Below are positions 19,375 to 29,245 of a stretch of 64,000 nucleotides of DNA, one piece after another. Location of the stretch: positions 16,868-80,867 of the forward strand of contig CAZVAJ010000003.1 of the NCBI GenBank assembly GCA_964625085.1, written 5' to 3'. This DNA is from Candidatus Micrarchaeota archaeon (lineage in GTDB: Archaea > B1Sed10-29 > JAJSAI01). Position numbers and translations under genes: made by a program. Each line of letters starts with the position of its first letter. Within the stretch, counting starts at the first letter, position 1. The notes beneath the pieces are model-generated. The model saw only the letters and a program-made list of their open reading frames with translations. It searched no databases and had not been told where the DNA came from.

Positions 19375-19453
19375 GGTTATCGCCAGTATTTTTTCAAACT
19401 ATCAAATATTTAAACCAAACTATTTATATTTTTAACTACAAAACAGTGGTTTC

Positions 19454-19771
19454 ATGGGAGATGATGACAAAAAAGGTGCTTGGATAACTGAAGACGCTTT
19501 CCTAGTCCTTGGAATGGGCTTTTTCGTGATTTGCCTCTTTCTCGAATACACGCCAGGGTATTTTGCCCTGCTTTCAGGCCTGCTTAGCTTACTCGGAGTG
19601 TTTTCAGTGTTTTTAATGATTGTTGGAACATACAAGTACCTTACAAAACAGGAAACTTTTACTGTTGCTGCGGGATTTGTCCTTGCATTTCTGATAACTG
19701 TGTTCTTTAGCCCTGTGTATGTAATAAGACCTATTGCGGCAATACTCTCCATACTATCAGGCCTATTCTAG
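19454..19771 (+). CDS. small membrane protein
   Basis: Three hydrophobic segments. Confidence 0.6.
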   Translation: MGDDDKKGAWITEDAFLVLGMGFFVICLFLEYTPGYFALLSGLLSLLGVFSVFLMIVGTYKYLTKQETFTVAAGFVLAFLITVFFSPVYVIRPIAAILSILSGLF

Positions 19772-19840
19772 TGCTCTACATCGCAACCTTTATAAAGTTT
19801 ATAAAGGTATAAAGGTTGATTTAAAAAAGGAGGTCCTAGA

Positions 19841-20164
19841 ATGCCTGCTAAAAAGAAAACAACAAAGAAACCTGCACAAAAGAGAAGCAGAAAAAAGAAG
19901 ATCGAGTACCGGATAGAGAACATAGTTGCTTCAGCAAGTCTGAACGTGGAACTTGACTTGTACGCAATAGCAAGAGAGGTCCCTAATGTAGAATATGAAC
20001 CAGAACAGTTTCCTGGTGCAATACTAAAACTTAAAGAGCCAAGAATAACTCTTCTGCTTTTCAAGAACGGAAAACTCATATGCGCAGGAGCTAAAAGCGA
20101 GAAACAAGTTGAAGAAGCAATACACACTGCTTACAACATGGTCAAGCACTGCATAAAAAAATAA
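19841..20164 (+). CDS. single-repeat TATA-binding-protein-like protein
   Basis: IENIVAS, EYEPEQFPG, LLFKNGKLICAGAKS make one TBP repeat. GGAGGT SD. Confidence 0.85.
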   Translation: MPAKKKTTKKPAQKRSRKKKIEYRIENIVASASLNVELDLYAIAREVPNVEYEPEQFPGAILKLKEPRITLLLFKNGKLICAGAKSEKQVEEAIHTAYNMVKHCIKK

Positions 20165-20169
20165 ACCCC

Positions 20170-20871
20170 TCATTCTTCATTTTCCGGCTCTTCTTGGTCA
20201 AGTTCTCTTACATCAATCCCTGTTTCTTTAGAGAGTTGTTCCATTGTTTCTAGCACAGGCACACTCTCTTCTGGCAGCTCTTCTTCTGCTTCTTCAGGAG
20301 CCTCTTGCTGTTCTTTGCCAACTCCTTCAAGAACCGTGTCGATATTCATTAGAAGTATCAATAACTCAAGCACAAGCGTGAGCTTCAACGGATCTTTCAT
20401 GTAATGCTGCGCATAATACTTCAGTATCGTGACATACCTCCTGCTTATGTACCTGCCTTTATACTCTTTTAGCAGTTCCATGAGTTCTCTTTTTAGGATT
20501 CTTGGATCTTGTACTTCTTCAGGCACCTGAATATTCTGCACGCAAAACTGTGCGATCTGGTGCAAAACTTCAACAGGCATTGATAAAACAAGGTCTGGCT
20601 CGGGAAGCTTGTACATGTTTAGGTATAGATCTTTCTCAGGAAATTTACCGAACAGATCCATTGTAAACCTTCTGATTATCATGGCCCTTGCGCTGTAATG
20701 CGTCGCGTAATAACTGTCTTCGCCTTTTTTCAACGCCTCTTCCGCAATTTTATTATTCTGCTCATAGAAGTAACCCAACGCGAAGTAGATAAGTACACGT
20801 TTATCTGGCTCGCCGTACTTGAACTTGCTCTTGAACTTTTTGAACTTGCTCAAAAGATCTGTATCCATCAC
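20170..20871 (-). CDS. hypothetical protein with acidic C-terminus
   Basis: 233-aa ORF co-oriented downstream of the THUMP gene. Confidence 0.6.
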   Translation of the reverse strand: MMDTDLLSKFKKFKSKFKYGEPDKRVLIYFALGYFYEQNNKIAEEALKKGEDSYYATHYSARAMIIRRFTMDLFGKFPEKDLYLNMYKLPEPDLVLSMPVEVLHQIAQFCVQNIQVPEEVQDPRILKRELMELLKEYKGRYISRRYVTILKYYAQHYMKDPLKLTLVLELLILLMNIDTVLEGVGKEQQEAPEEAEEELPEESVPVLETMEQLSKETGIDVRELDQEEPENEE

Positions 20872-20891
20872 TCCAGAAAAGGAGGCTTAGA

Positions 20892-21710
20892 TTATAAAAC
20901 CTTTTGCATGCGCTCTTCAGCTTCTGTTCTGTTAAAACCTGAAAGGGGAACAAACACCGGAAAACCTTTTCCAAAGTACTTGAATGACTCTTCCAACTCA
21001 GTTTTCATGTAAGGGAGGATTAGGGCAAGAGCTTTTTCTAGTTCTGCAGCTTCGAAAAGCTCTTTGTCAGGATACCAATTTATTTTCTTTCCAGATGCCC
21101 ATTTTTTCAGCATACTAGGCCGTTCTTTTCCGACAAGCGAAATTTCCAGCCCCCTTCTCATCACCATCCAAGCGGCAAGCAGTCCAAAATCATCCTCCGC
21201 AAGGGCCACTGCTTTTGCTCCTGCAGTCCCGTAAGGCAATCCCCCTGGCCCTTTGAATGTTTCAGAAAATAGGTATGCTTTTCCTTTGAATATTTCTATG
21301 CCCACCTGCTGTTCCGGATTCTTCAGCCTGACCTTCAGCCCTAATTCTTTCACAATCCTTTCTCCAACCAGTTCGTTAACCTGCTGTGAAGTAAGGTTAA
21401 ACGTCTTATCAAGCCTTTGGGTCCTAACCGCAAAAGTTTTCCCAGGCTCACACAGCTTGACTGCTTCTTCTGCAATCTTATCAATATTTAGGTCCAGTTC
21501 AACTGCAGGGGAATAGGAAGATACCCCAAAAACCTTGGACAGTTTATCCAATGCTACTTTTTCATCCCCTCTAACAATTATCCTCCAGTACTTGTTACTG
21601 ATCTTGTGATTTGGGAGAACCCGCTGGATGTTAGAAGCAAGAACCTTTATGAAACGCCCTCGCGTTGGCTCTGCCTTGGTATAAATTTCTGAGTGTCTTA
21701 CGAGTATAAT
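20892..21710 (-). CDS. thiI: ThiI-like protein: NFLD+THUMP with degenerate PP-loop
   Basis: Frame extends upstream of the ORF-track start as IILVRHSEIYTKAEPTRGRF (ThiI N-terminus). TFAVRTQR THUMP and GPGGLPYG are present, SGGIDS is absent. Start appears to be ATT or ATA. Confidence 0.75.
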   Translation of the reverse strand: MILVRHSEIYTKAEPTRGRFIKVLASNIQRVLPNHKISNKYWRIIVRGDEKVALDKLSKVFGVSSYSPAVELDLNIDKIAEEAVKLCEPGKTFAVRTQRLDKTFNLTSQQVNELVGERIVKELGLKVRLKNPEQQVGIEIFKGKAYLFSETFKGPGGLPYGTAGAKAVALAEDDFGLLAAWMVMRRGLEISLVGKERPSMLKKWASGKKINWYPDKELFEAAELEKALALILPYMKTELEESFKYFGKGFPVFVPLSGFNRTEAEERMQKVL

Positions 21711-21814
21711 AACACACCATCCCCTTGTATCACGTGTACATTCTAATTGTACTATTACTACGTATAAAAATGATTATAAAGGAATAAAACGGAGTTCATA
21801 CGGTGAAAGAGAAG

Positions 21815-22960
21815 ATGCCCGCCACTATTGACAGAAACCTACTCCCTGTTGAAGAAAGGTTAAAGATATTAGAACTAGAAAACAGAATGCTTCAACAGGA
21901 AACTGAAACGCTCCAAAAACAGCTTCTTGCAGCTCAAAATGAGCTTAATAAAATGAAAAAAAATCCTCTGATTATCGCAACAGTACAGGAGAAGGTTGGA
22001 AAAGACCAGGCTGTAGTAAAAAGCCCCACAGGCATGCTGATCCTGATAGACGCGCCAGAGGATGTAAAACCAGGGGAGAGAGTAAAACTAAACCAGCACA
22101 CTCTCTCGTTCATAGGAAAACTTCCTCCTGAAAAAACTGCGTTTGTTGCAGGAACAGAAGTAATAGAAAAGCCCAAAGTCAGCTTTGAAGATATAGGAGG
22201 GCTTGAAGAACAGATACAAGAAATACAGGAAGCAGTAGAACTTCCCCTGCTCAAGCCAGAATTGTTCAACAAGGTGGGCATAACCCCTCCAAAGGGTGTG
22301 TTGCTTTATGGACCGCCGGGGTGCGGAAAAACAATGCTGGTCAAAGCTATTGCAAAAGAGACTAATTCAACATTCATAAGACTCGTCGGCTCAGAGATGG
22401 TGAAAAAGTTCATAGGGGAAGGAGCAAAACTTGTCAAAGAAGTATTCGAGCTAGCGAAAGAAAAGGCCCCAAGCATTCTTTTCATTGACGAGATTGATGC
22501 AGTTGCGGCCAAACGGCTTGACGAAACCACCGGAGGAGACAGAGAAGTAAACAGAACACTAATGCAACTGCTTTCAGAACTGGATGGGTTTAACGAGCTT
22601 GAAAACGTGAAGATAATAGGAGCCACCAACAGAATGGACATACTTGACCCTGCTTTGATACGCCCTGGCAGGTTTGACAGGCTTATTGAAATACCCGCGC
22701 CCAACAAAAAAGCAAGAGGAGAGATATTCAAAATACACATAAAGAACATGAATGTCTCCAAAGTAGACGTAAAATGGCTCGCGGAACAATCAGAAGGAGC
22801 AATAGGCGCTGAAATAAAAGCGATATGCACTGAAGCAGGAATGTTTGCAATAAGAGAAGGCCAAGACACTGTAACAAAAAAACACTTCAAAATGGCCTTG
22901 GATAAGGTGCTCGGGCCAGTGGTTGAAGTCGGAGGCGAAGAAAAAAGAAGCTACATGTAA
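21815..22960 (+). CDS. pan: proteasome-activating nucleotidase
   Basis: N-terminal coiled coil, GPPGCGKT, FIDEID, RPGRFDR, C-terminal HbYX-like SYM. Confidence 0.95.
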   Translation: MPATIDRNLLPVEERLKILELENRMLQQETETLQKQLLAAQNELNKMKKNPLIIATVQEKVGKDQAVVKSPTGMLILIDAPEDVKPGERVKLNQHTLSFIGKLPPEKTAFVAGTEVIEKPKVSFEDIGGLEEQIQEIQEAVELPLLKPELFNKVGITPPKGVLLYGPPGCGKTMLVKAIAKETNSTFIRLVGSEMVKKFIGEGAKLVKEVFELAKEKAPSILFIDEIDAVAAKRLDETTGGDREVNRTLMQLLSELDGFNELENVKIIGATNRMDILDPALIRPGRFDRLIEIPAPNKKARGEIFKIHIKNMNVSKVDVKWLAEQSEGAIGAEIKAICTEAGMFAIREGQDTVTKKHFKMALDKVLGPVVEVGGEEKRSYM

Positions 22961-22986
22961 TCCTTACAAGATGAGCTCCTTCAAGA

Positions 22987-23304
22987 TCATTTTTTCCTTT
23001 TCTTAGGACCCTTTTTATATAACTCTAACATCTTTTTTTCTCGTTCTGAAAAACCACTTTCTATAACGTCTCTTCTGGACAACTTAGCCAAAAATAGAGA
23101 AACACCACCATACTCCCTATCAATCACACTCCTCACATACTTAGGGGTCACATCATACCCTTTGTTCCGCATCCTTTCAACAAGCTCTTCAATAAGAACC
23201 CTAGAGGTCTCTCTATCCACGCGCACACTCGGTTCATGCCCCCGGATAAGCTTCTTAGCAAGCTCCTCACGCAGAGTTTTTAGACGTGAATTTTTTATGG
23301 GCAT
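22987..23304 (-). CDS. hypothetical basic protein
   Basis: 105-aa ORF ending in PKKRKK, TATA-like TTTTAATA about 25 nt upstream. Confidence 0.6.
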   Translation of the reverse strand: MPIKNSRLKTLREELAKKLIRGHEPSVRVDRETSRVLIEELVERMRNKGYDVTPKYVRSVIDREYGGVSLFLAKLSRRDVIESGFSEREKKMLELYKKGPKKRKK

Positions 23305-23358
23305 AATAATAAAAGGACTAGGAGGATATTAAAAGATTTGTCTGTAAAGGATGATAAA

Positions 23359-26088
23359 ATGAACCCACTAAAAGCAAAGATCAAGAAGCTGGCTGACCAG
23401 AATCCTGAAAAGTTCTATCCCGTGAGCGTGATCAAAGAACTTGGGTACGAAAGGCACCAATGTAAAAAGTGCGGCACTTTCTTCTGGTCCCAAGAGGTCT
23501 CTGACGTCTGCGGAGAACCAGAATGCTCTGGAGGATACAAGTTCGTGGGAAACCCTGTCGGGAAAGAGATGGATTTCATTCAAGGCTGGTCATGGTTCCG
23601 TGACCACATGGCCAAGAGAGGATACACCCCAATCAAGAGATATCCTCTGGCCGCGAGGTGGAGGGACGACACCGACTTCGTGCAGGCCAGCATCTACGAC
23701 TTCCAGCCGCACGTGGTCACAGGAGAAGCAGACCCTCCAGCCAACCCACTAGTAGTCCCACAGTACTGCGCAAGGTTCAACGAAATAGAGAATATAGGGA
23801 TAACTGGCAGGCACAAAACAGGGTTTGTGATGATAGGCCAGCACGCGTTCAAATCCCTCTCTGAATTCGAGCAGGAAAAGTACTTCAAGGACTATCATGA
23901 CTGGTTCACGCTCACTGCAGGAATACCTAAAGAAGAACTCAAGATTCATGAGAGTCAGTGGGCAGGAGGAGGCAATGCTGGCACGAGCATGGAATTCTTC
24001 GCAAAGGGCCTGGAACTAGGGAACCAAGTGTACATGACGTACGAGGTGAAAGGAGAAGACGAGCTTGTTCCCCTCTCCTTAAAAGTACTGGACATGGGTA
24101 TGGGACAAGCCAGGACCCCGTGGCTCACTCAAGGATCCTCAAACATCTTCGAAGTAAGTTATCCTGACGTGTGCCAGAAACTGTACCAAAAAACAGGAGT
24201 AAGACCAACGGGCTTGTACGAGAAGTTCATCCCTTACGGAAGTATTCTCGACGTGGACTCTGACGTGGAGCTTGAAAAAGCGTGGCAGGAGATTGCTAAC
24301 AAGCTGGGAGAAGATGTGAAAACACTGAAAGGAGAAGTGCTGCCCGTTGCAGCAATGTTCTCAATAGCAGATCACACTCAGACCCTGCTTGTGGCGTTGA
24401 ATGATGGAGTACTGCCCAGCAATGCAGGAGGGGGTTACAACCTAAGAGTCATACTCAGAAGAGCCCTTGGATTCATCCACAGGTATGGGTGGAACCTGAA
24501 CCTGCCTGAAGTATGCTACTGGCATGCAGAATACCTTAAACCACAATACCCAGAACTAATGGAAAACCTCGAAGAGGTTGCAGAAATATTGGAGCACGAG
24601 GAAAAGAAGTACAAAGCAAGCAGGGAAAAAGCAAGTCGGAAGGTAGAAACACTGCTCAAGATAAAAGGAGATTTTTCCTTTAATGACCTCAGGAAACTGT
24701 ACGAGTCAGACGGGATAACTCCTGAAATGCTAAAAGAAGCTGCAGAAAGGCAGAACAAGGGTATTAGGATACCGGATGACTTCTACCTCAAGCTCGAGGA
24801 AGTCAGAGAAAAAGAGAAAAAAGAAGAGACCAAACAGAGATCCCACTATCCTGTAGAAGGGATTCCTCCAACTGAAAAACTGTTCTATGAACCAATAAAA
24901 GAATTTGACGCGAGAGTACTCAAAACATTTGAACAGGATGGCAGGCACTTTGTTGTCCTTGACAAAACCGCGTTCTACGCGGTGGGAGGAGGACAAGACT
25001 GCGATCACGGAACACTAAACAACATTCGCGTCTTCCACGTGCTAAAGCAAGGAGAGGTTATAATACATGAAACAGAAAAACCAGTAGCCAGTGAGACTGT
25101 GCACGGCATTGTAGACTGGAAGCGGAGAATGCAGCTCACCAAAAACCACACTGCCACTCACATAATAAACGGGGCTGCCAGACAATTACTGGGAAGCCAC
25201 GTGTGGCAAGCAGGAGCTGAAAAAACAGTTGAAAAAGCAAGGCTTGACATAACCCACTATGAACAACTTTCAGAGGAACAAGTACAAAAGATACAGGAAA
25301 TAGCGAATCAAGTAGTAAATGAAAGCAGGCCTGTGATCAAAACATGGATGCCTAGAACCAAAGCTGAACAGGCGTATGGGTTCAGGCTGTACCAGGGGGG
25401 AGCAGTACCTGGAAAAACTATCAGGGTCGTGGAAGTAAAAGATTTTGATGTTGAGGCATGCGCTGGGACTCATTTGGATAACACGAAAGAAGCAGAGGAG
25501 ATACTTATCCTGCGGACCAAAAAGATCCAGGACGGTATCGTCAGGATAGAGTTCGTGGCAGGACACGAAGTTGTCGAAAAGGAAAAGCAGAAGAAGAGGA
25601 AAGAAAAAGAAAAGAGGAAAGATGCGCTTCTTAAGCGAGCTGTAAAGCTCACGAATGAGATATTTAAGCTGGGCGGAAAACTGCCTGAAGAAAATTTGCG
25701 GAAGCTGCAGGCAGAGGAGATACTTGAAAAGATAAAAGAACTTGAAAAACAGCTTGTAAGACTCAAGGAAGAAAAAACCCTGAAAACAGAATATGACTAT
25801 CCAGTAGTACAAGTAAACGAACCAGACATGAAAGTTCTTGAAAAAATTGGCGGAAAACTTTTACAGAAATTCGGATACGGAGTGGTCATAGGGCCAGGGG
25901 TTGTCTTCGGCGTAAAAACCCCTGAATCCCAAGCAAGAGTGGAAGAAGCCGTCAAAAAAGCAGCAGAAGTAATGGACGGAAAAGCAGGGGGAAAAGGCAA
26001 CGAATGGAAAGGAGGAGGCCCTGAAAAAGAGAAATTTAAAGAAGCTGCAGAAATCGTGAAAAGGTTTATAATGCCTGAAAACAATTAA
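23359..26088 (+). CDS. alaS: alanyl-tRNA synthetase (archaeal type)
   Basis: CKKC...CGEPEC, RWRDD, ASIYDFQP, HTATH and CAGTH editing motifs. Confidence 0.96.
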   Translation: MNPLKAKIKKLADQNPEKFYPVSVIKELGYERHQCKKCGTFFWSQEVSDVCGEPECSGGYKFVGNPVGKEMDFIQGWSWFRDHMAKRGYTPIKRYPLAARWRDDTDFVQASIYDFQPHVVTGEADPPANPLVVPQYCARFNEIENIGITGRHKTGFVMIGQHAFKSLSEFEQEKYFKDYHDWFTLTAGIPKEELKIHESQWAGGGNAGTSMEFFAKGLELGNQVYMTYEVKGEDELVPLSLKVLDMGMGQARTPWLTQGSSNIFEVSYPDVCQKLYQKTGVRPTGLYEKFIPYGSILDVDSDVELEKAWQEIANKLGEDVKTLKGEVLPVAAMFSIADHTQTLLVALNDGVLPSNAGGGYNLRVILRRALGFIHRYGWNLNLPEVCYWHAEYLKPQYPELMENLEEVAEILEHEEKKYKASREKASRKVETLLKIKGDFSFNDLRKLYESDGITPEMLKEAAERQNKGIRIPDDFYLKLEEVREKEKKEETKQRSHYPVEGIPPTEKLFYEPIKEFDARVLKTFEQDGRHFVVLDKTAFYAVGGGQDCDHGTLNNIRVFHVLKQGEVIIHETEKPVASETVHGIVDWKRRMQLTKNHTATHIINGAARQLLGSHVWQAGAEKTVEKARLDITHYEQLSEEQVQKIQEIANQVVNESRPVIKTWMPRTKAEQAYGFRLYQGGAVPGKTIRVVEVKDFDVEACAGTHLDNTKEAEEILILRTKKIQDGIVRIEFVAGHEVVEKEKQKKRKEKEKRKDALLKRAVKLTNEIFKLGGKLPEENLRKLQAEEILEKIKELEKQLVRLKEEKTLKTEYDYPVVQVNEPDMKVLEKIGGKLLQKFGYGVVIGPGVVFGVKTPESQARVEEAVKKAAEVMDGKAGGKGNEWKGGGPEKEKFKEAAEIVKRFIMPENN

Positions 26089-26095
26089 TCTTTTA

Positions 26096-27136
26096 ATGGG
26101 ATTGTTCAACAGGTTTAGGAAAAAAATGCAAAAAGCACTGCCAGGATACCAAGGTTCCAAGATCTGGCAAGCGCAAAAAAGCTTGGAGAGATCAGAGCCT
26201 GTAAAAAAAGCCAGAACTGTTTTTGAAGAAGGTAGAAAAAAAAAACTTGCAGATGAAAAAAGCGTTTATTCCAAATGGATAAAGTACAGAAACGAAAGGA
26301 TAAAACAAATAGAATCAGGGGAACTGCCTCCAGACATCTACGTAAAGGGAGTGGCAATAGGCGCGCTTGAGTTCCTAAAACAAGCGGAAGTTGGAGGAGA
26401 AGCCCAAAAGTACATTAACGGAGCAATGCTTGCATTACAAGCTTATCTTGCCTATTCTGCTGCAAAAGACTACGTAAAAGCAGAGAGGGCCAGAAAAAAA
26501 CTGCAAGAGAATCTTGCTAATGTTAGAAGGGAACAGGAAAGAAAACTGGAAGAATACCGAAAAGCTATTGAGATAGCAGAAGAGGAAGCAAGAAGAGGGC
26601 TCCCCAACAGACCCGCGTATGCAATAGAACGCCTGCCGGGAGGAGGATACATTATCAAAGACGAGAAAAATGCCGTAATGAAGTACCTAGCGACACTTGA
26701 TGCGTACGGTGCAACACTCGTTCCCGAGCTGGAAAAGAAAGAAGAAGCAGACACAGTAGAAAAGAAGAAATTCAAAAAAATAAGACGCAAGAAACTGAAG
26801 AGAAAAATGACTGAAGAAGAACGTATTATGAACCTTGTAGTCAAAAAAGCACCCCACTATGCCAAAGAAGTAGTAGGAGTAATGAAATACATAACTAACA
26901 ATAGAGAGAAGTACCCAAAAGAAACAGTAGCCGCTGCGGAGAAAGTGTTAAAAGTAGCGAACTTGTTCGGCATAAAATCTGAGGAAATTGCCCCCTCTGA
27001 AATCTTCTCAAGATCTCTACAGTACTCGGGGTCACTAAAACCTGCGGCCTCAATCCCTCAGGTGGTTGAAAGCCCGGTTTCAAGACTAATCCTAAGAACC
27101 CTAGGTGAACGGGGAAGAAAAAAACGGGCTCGCTGA
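26096..27136 (+). CDS. hypothetical basic coiled-coil protein
   Basis: 346-aa ORF with K/R-rich N- and C-termini. Confidence 0.65.
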   Translation: MGLFNRFRKKMQKALPGYQGSKIWQAQKSLERSEPVKKARTVFEEGRKKKLADEKSVYSKWIKYRNERIKQIESGELPPDIYVKGVAIGALEFLKQAEVGGEAQKYINGAMLALQAYLAYSAAKDYVKAERARKKLQENLANVRREQERKLEEYRKAIEIAEEEARRGLPNRPAYAIERLPGGGYIIKDEKNAVMKYLATLDAYGATLVPELEKKEEADTVEKKKFKKIRRKKLKRKMTEEERIMNLVVKKAPHYAKEVVGVMKYITNNREKYPKETVAAAEKVLKVANLFGIKSEEIAPSEIFSRSLQYSGSLKPAASIPQVVESPVSRLILRTLGERGRKKRAR

Positions 27137-27175
27137 AAGACAAGTTTTAAAACCCCCAATATCCTTGTTTCATTC

Positions 27176-28516
27176 ATGAGAAAGGGGATTATTCTTCTGG
27201 CACTCACAATACTCTTAGCACAAGCTGTTTCAGAAGTGAACCTAAACAAAGCGTACGAAACTGCAGCTGGATTCCAAAAAAACCAGGCCATAGAAAGCTT
27301 GGACAGCAAACCACAAAATCAAAAGGCATACTATAAGTCAACATCCTACTGGGTAATAGAAATAGTATCACAAGGTGAAATTGTCACACTAGTACCAATA
27401 GACGCAGAAACAGGAGAAGTAGAACTTGATGAGTCTAAGGCCAAAGAAGTGATGAAAGTTCACTGGACAGCGCACTACTTTGCGACAGATTCTAGTCTAA
27501 CAGACTACCTGGAAAACGAGAAGGACAAAGCACTTGGAATTCAAGGAGATATAAGCGCAAAAGAAGACCAGCTTGATCTGATAAACCTGCCTGAAGGCGT
27601 CACGCTATCAAGCCTCTCTGAGTTCGAAAATGCACTTTCAAAAGCAAAAGCAGACGCTAAATCCGTGCAATTAGCTGCAGTGAACGCAAAGTTGTACATC
27701 TCTCCTGACAGCATACAAAGGGCAGAGGACATACAAAATGCAAAGTCAGCTATTTCAAACTACTTCTCAAAGCAGAAGACCCTGCACTCTTCTTTAAGAA
27801 ACCTGATAAGCAAAGCAGACAAGCTAAGATCAGAAGCAAGTGAAAAGAGTGAAGAACTTGGAGATACTGCGAGCGTGCTCGTTGGCTTAACACACTTTAC
27901 AACTTTCAGTGAAGTCCAGGTATCCGCGTGGGAGACGGATCTGATAGAGTCTCAGTCTGCCATTAACAAATTTTTTGACGGTATAGACAGCAAAATCGAC
28001 GTGTATTATTCTGAACTTTTAGACAGATTACCAAACGACGAATGCAAGGAGATAATGGTAAAGTACAATGAGTACACAACTCAACGCAATCAGATAATAG
28101 AAAACTGCACGTTCTGCAGCACTCTTACAGAACTTGATGAACTTGACAATCTCCTAACACAACTAAAAAATGACTATAACAGCTGCAACTTAACTTCCGC
28201 CAGAAAAAAATACACCCGAATAGAAGAACTCATCTCAAAAATAAATGACACTGTAAATAATCCCCCAGAGTGCACACCCGGTGAAACAAGAGCCTGTGGA
28301 AAGAATGGAATCCAGAAGTGCGTGAATGGAAAATGGGGTGACTGCGTGGAAACAACCCCTGGTCCCAGCGGGATCAGCATAAATTGGCCTCTTGTCGGAA
28401 GTATTTTATTATTAGTATTTGCATTGTTAGTATACAAGTTCAGAGACAAATTACTTGGAGGAGGCGAAGGTGAAAAAGAAGCTAGCAGTCCTTATTATGA
28501 TATGTATGGCAAGTAG
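27176..28516 (+). CDS. exported coiled-coil protein with Cys-rich module and C-terminal membrane anchor
   Basis: Signal peptide MRKGIILLALTILLAQA, CTPGETRACGKNGIQKCVNGKWGDC, C-terminal TM. Confidence 0.75.
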   Translation: MRKGIILLALTILLAQAVSEVNLNKAYETAAGFQKNQAIESLDSKPQNQKAYYKSTSYWVIEIVSQGEIVTLVPIDAETGEVELDESKAKEVMKVHWTAHYFATDSSLTDYLENEKDKALGIQGDISAKEDQLDLINLPEGVTLSSLSEFENALSKAKADAKSVQLAAVNAKLYISPDSIQRAEDIQNAKSAISNYFSKQKTLHSSLRNLISKADKLRSEASEKSEELGDTASVLVGLTHFTTFSEVQVSAWETDLIESQSAINKFFDGIDSKIDVYYSELLDRLPNDECKEIMVKYNEYTTQRNQIIENCTFCSTLTELDELDNLLTQLKNDYNSCNLTSARKKYTRIEELISKINDTVNNPPECTPGETRACGKNGIQKCVNGKWGDCVETTPGPSGISINWPLVGSILLLVFALLVYKFRDKLLGGGEGEKEASSPYYDMYGK

Positions 28517-29240
28517 TCTTGCTGAAGTAGAAGCAAGCTTGAGTTTGAGCAAGGGAATTGCATACACTGGCGAGGATGCAAGGGTGTACGTTACGCTAAC
28601 CAACCCAAGCCACCTGGCTGAAAGAGACATTACACTGACCCTACTGCTCCCCGAAGAGATTGGGGGAAACAGAGAGAGGAACATTTCGGTAATCGGGTTC
28701 CAAGACAGCGTAACAGAAGAGTTCAAAGTACCTATCCCTTCTGACACTGTTCCAGGATATTATCCTGTCAACGTGAAAGTAGCCTACTCTGATAAAGAGT
28801 ACACCCTGAGAGACGCAAAAATGCTAAGAGTGTTAAAATTTCCTCTGAAGATGGACACCTCGCTCGAACCAGAATCAGTATCCAGCAAAGCAAACACTAC
28901 TCTCAAGATAACACTACAGAACATAGGGACAACCGACCTAGAAAACGTAAGCATAAAAATAAGCGCAGACCAGTTTGTTGGCATCAAGCGTAAAGAGATC
29001 CCTGTAAATGTTCTTCTTACAGGACAAGAAAACTCCATAGAACTTGAGATAACAGCCCCTTCTACCCCTGGAGAGTACATGATAACAGTATATGTTGAGT
29101 TTGATGACATAACCGGACACCACATAGTGTACAAAACCGTAAAACTCAGCGTATCAAAGGGATTTGACATATTCACTGTCATAGTTGCAGTTATCCTTGC
29201 AGCTGCCTTAATCTTGTTATACAAACGTTTTAGGGGATGA
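28470..29240 (+). CDS. exported Ig-fold (CARDB/COG1361-like) protein with TM anchor
   Basis: GTG start with GGAGG SD, signal peptide, two beta-rich repeats (LTNPS / LQNIG...PGEY), C-terminal TM. Confidence 0.75.
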   Translation: MKKKLAVLIMICMASSLAEVEASLSLSKGIAYTGEDARVYVTLTNPSHLAERDITLTLLLPEEIGGNRERNISVIGFQDSVTEEFKVPIPSDTVPGYYPVNVKVAYSDKEYTLRDAKMLRVLKFPLKMDTSLEPESVSSKANTTLKITLQNIGTTDLENVSIKISADQFVGIKRKEIPVNVLLTGQENSIELEITAPSTPGEYMITVYVEFDDITGHHIVYKTVKLSVSKGFDIFTVIVAVILAAALILLYKRFRG

Positions 29241-29245
29241 ACTAA

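Noticed and set aside
22987..23010. C-terminal PKKRKK as a eukaryotic nuclear localisation signal
   Set aside because: Such hexamers arise easily in a lysine-rich proteome, and nothing else points to a eukaryotic host. It is kept only as part of the basic-tail observation.
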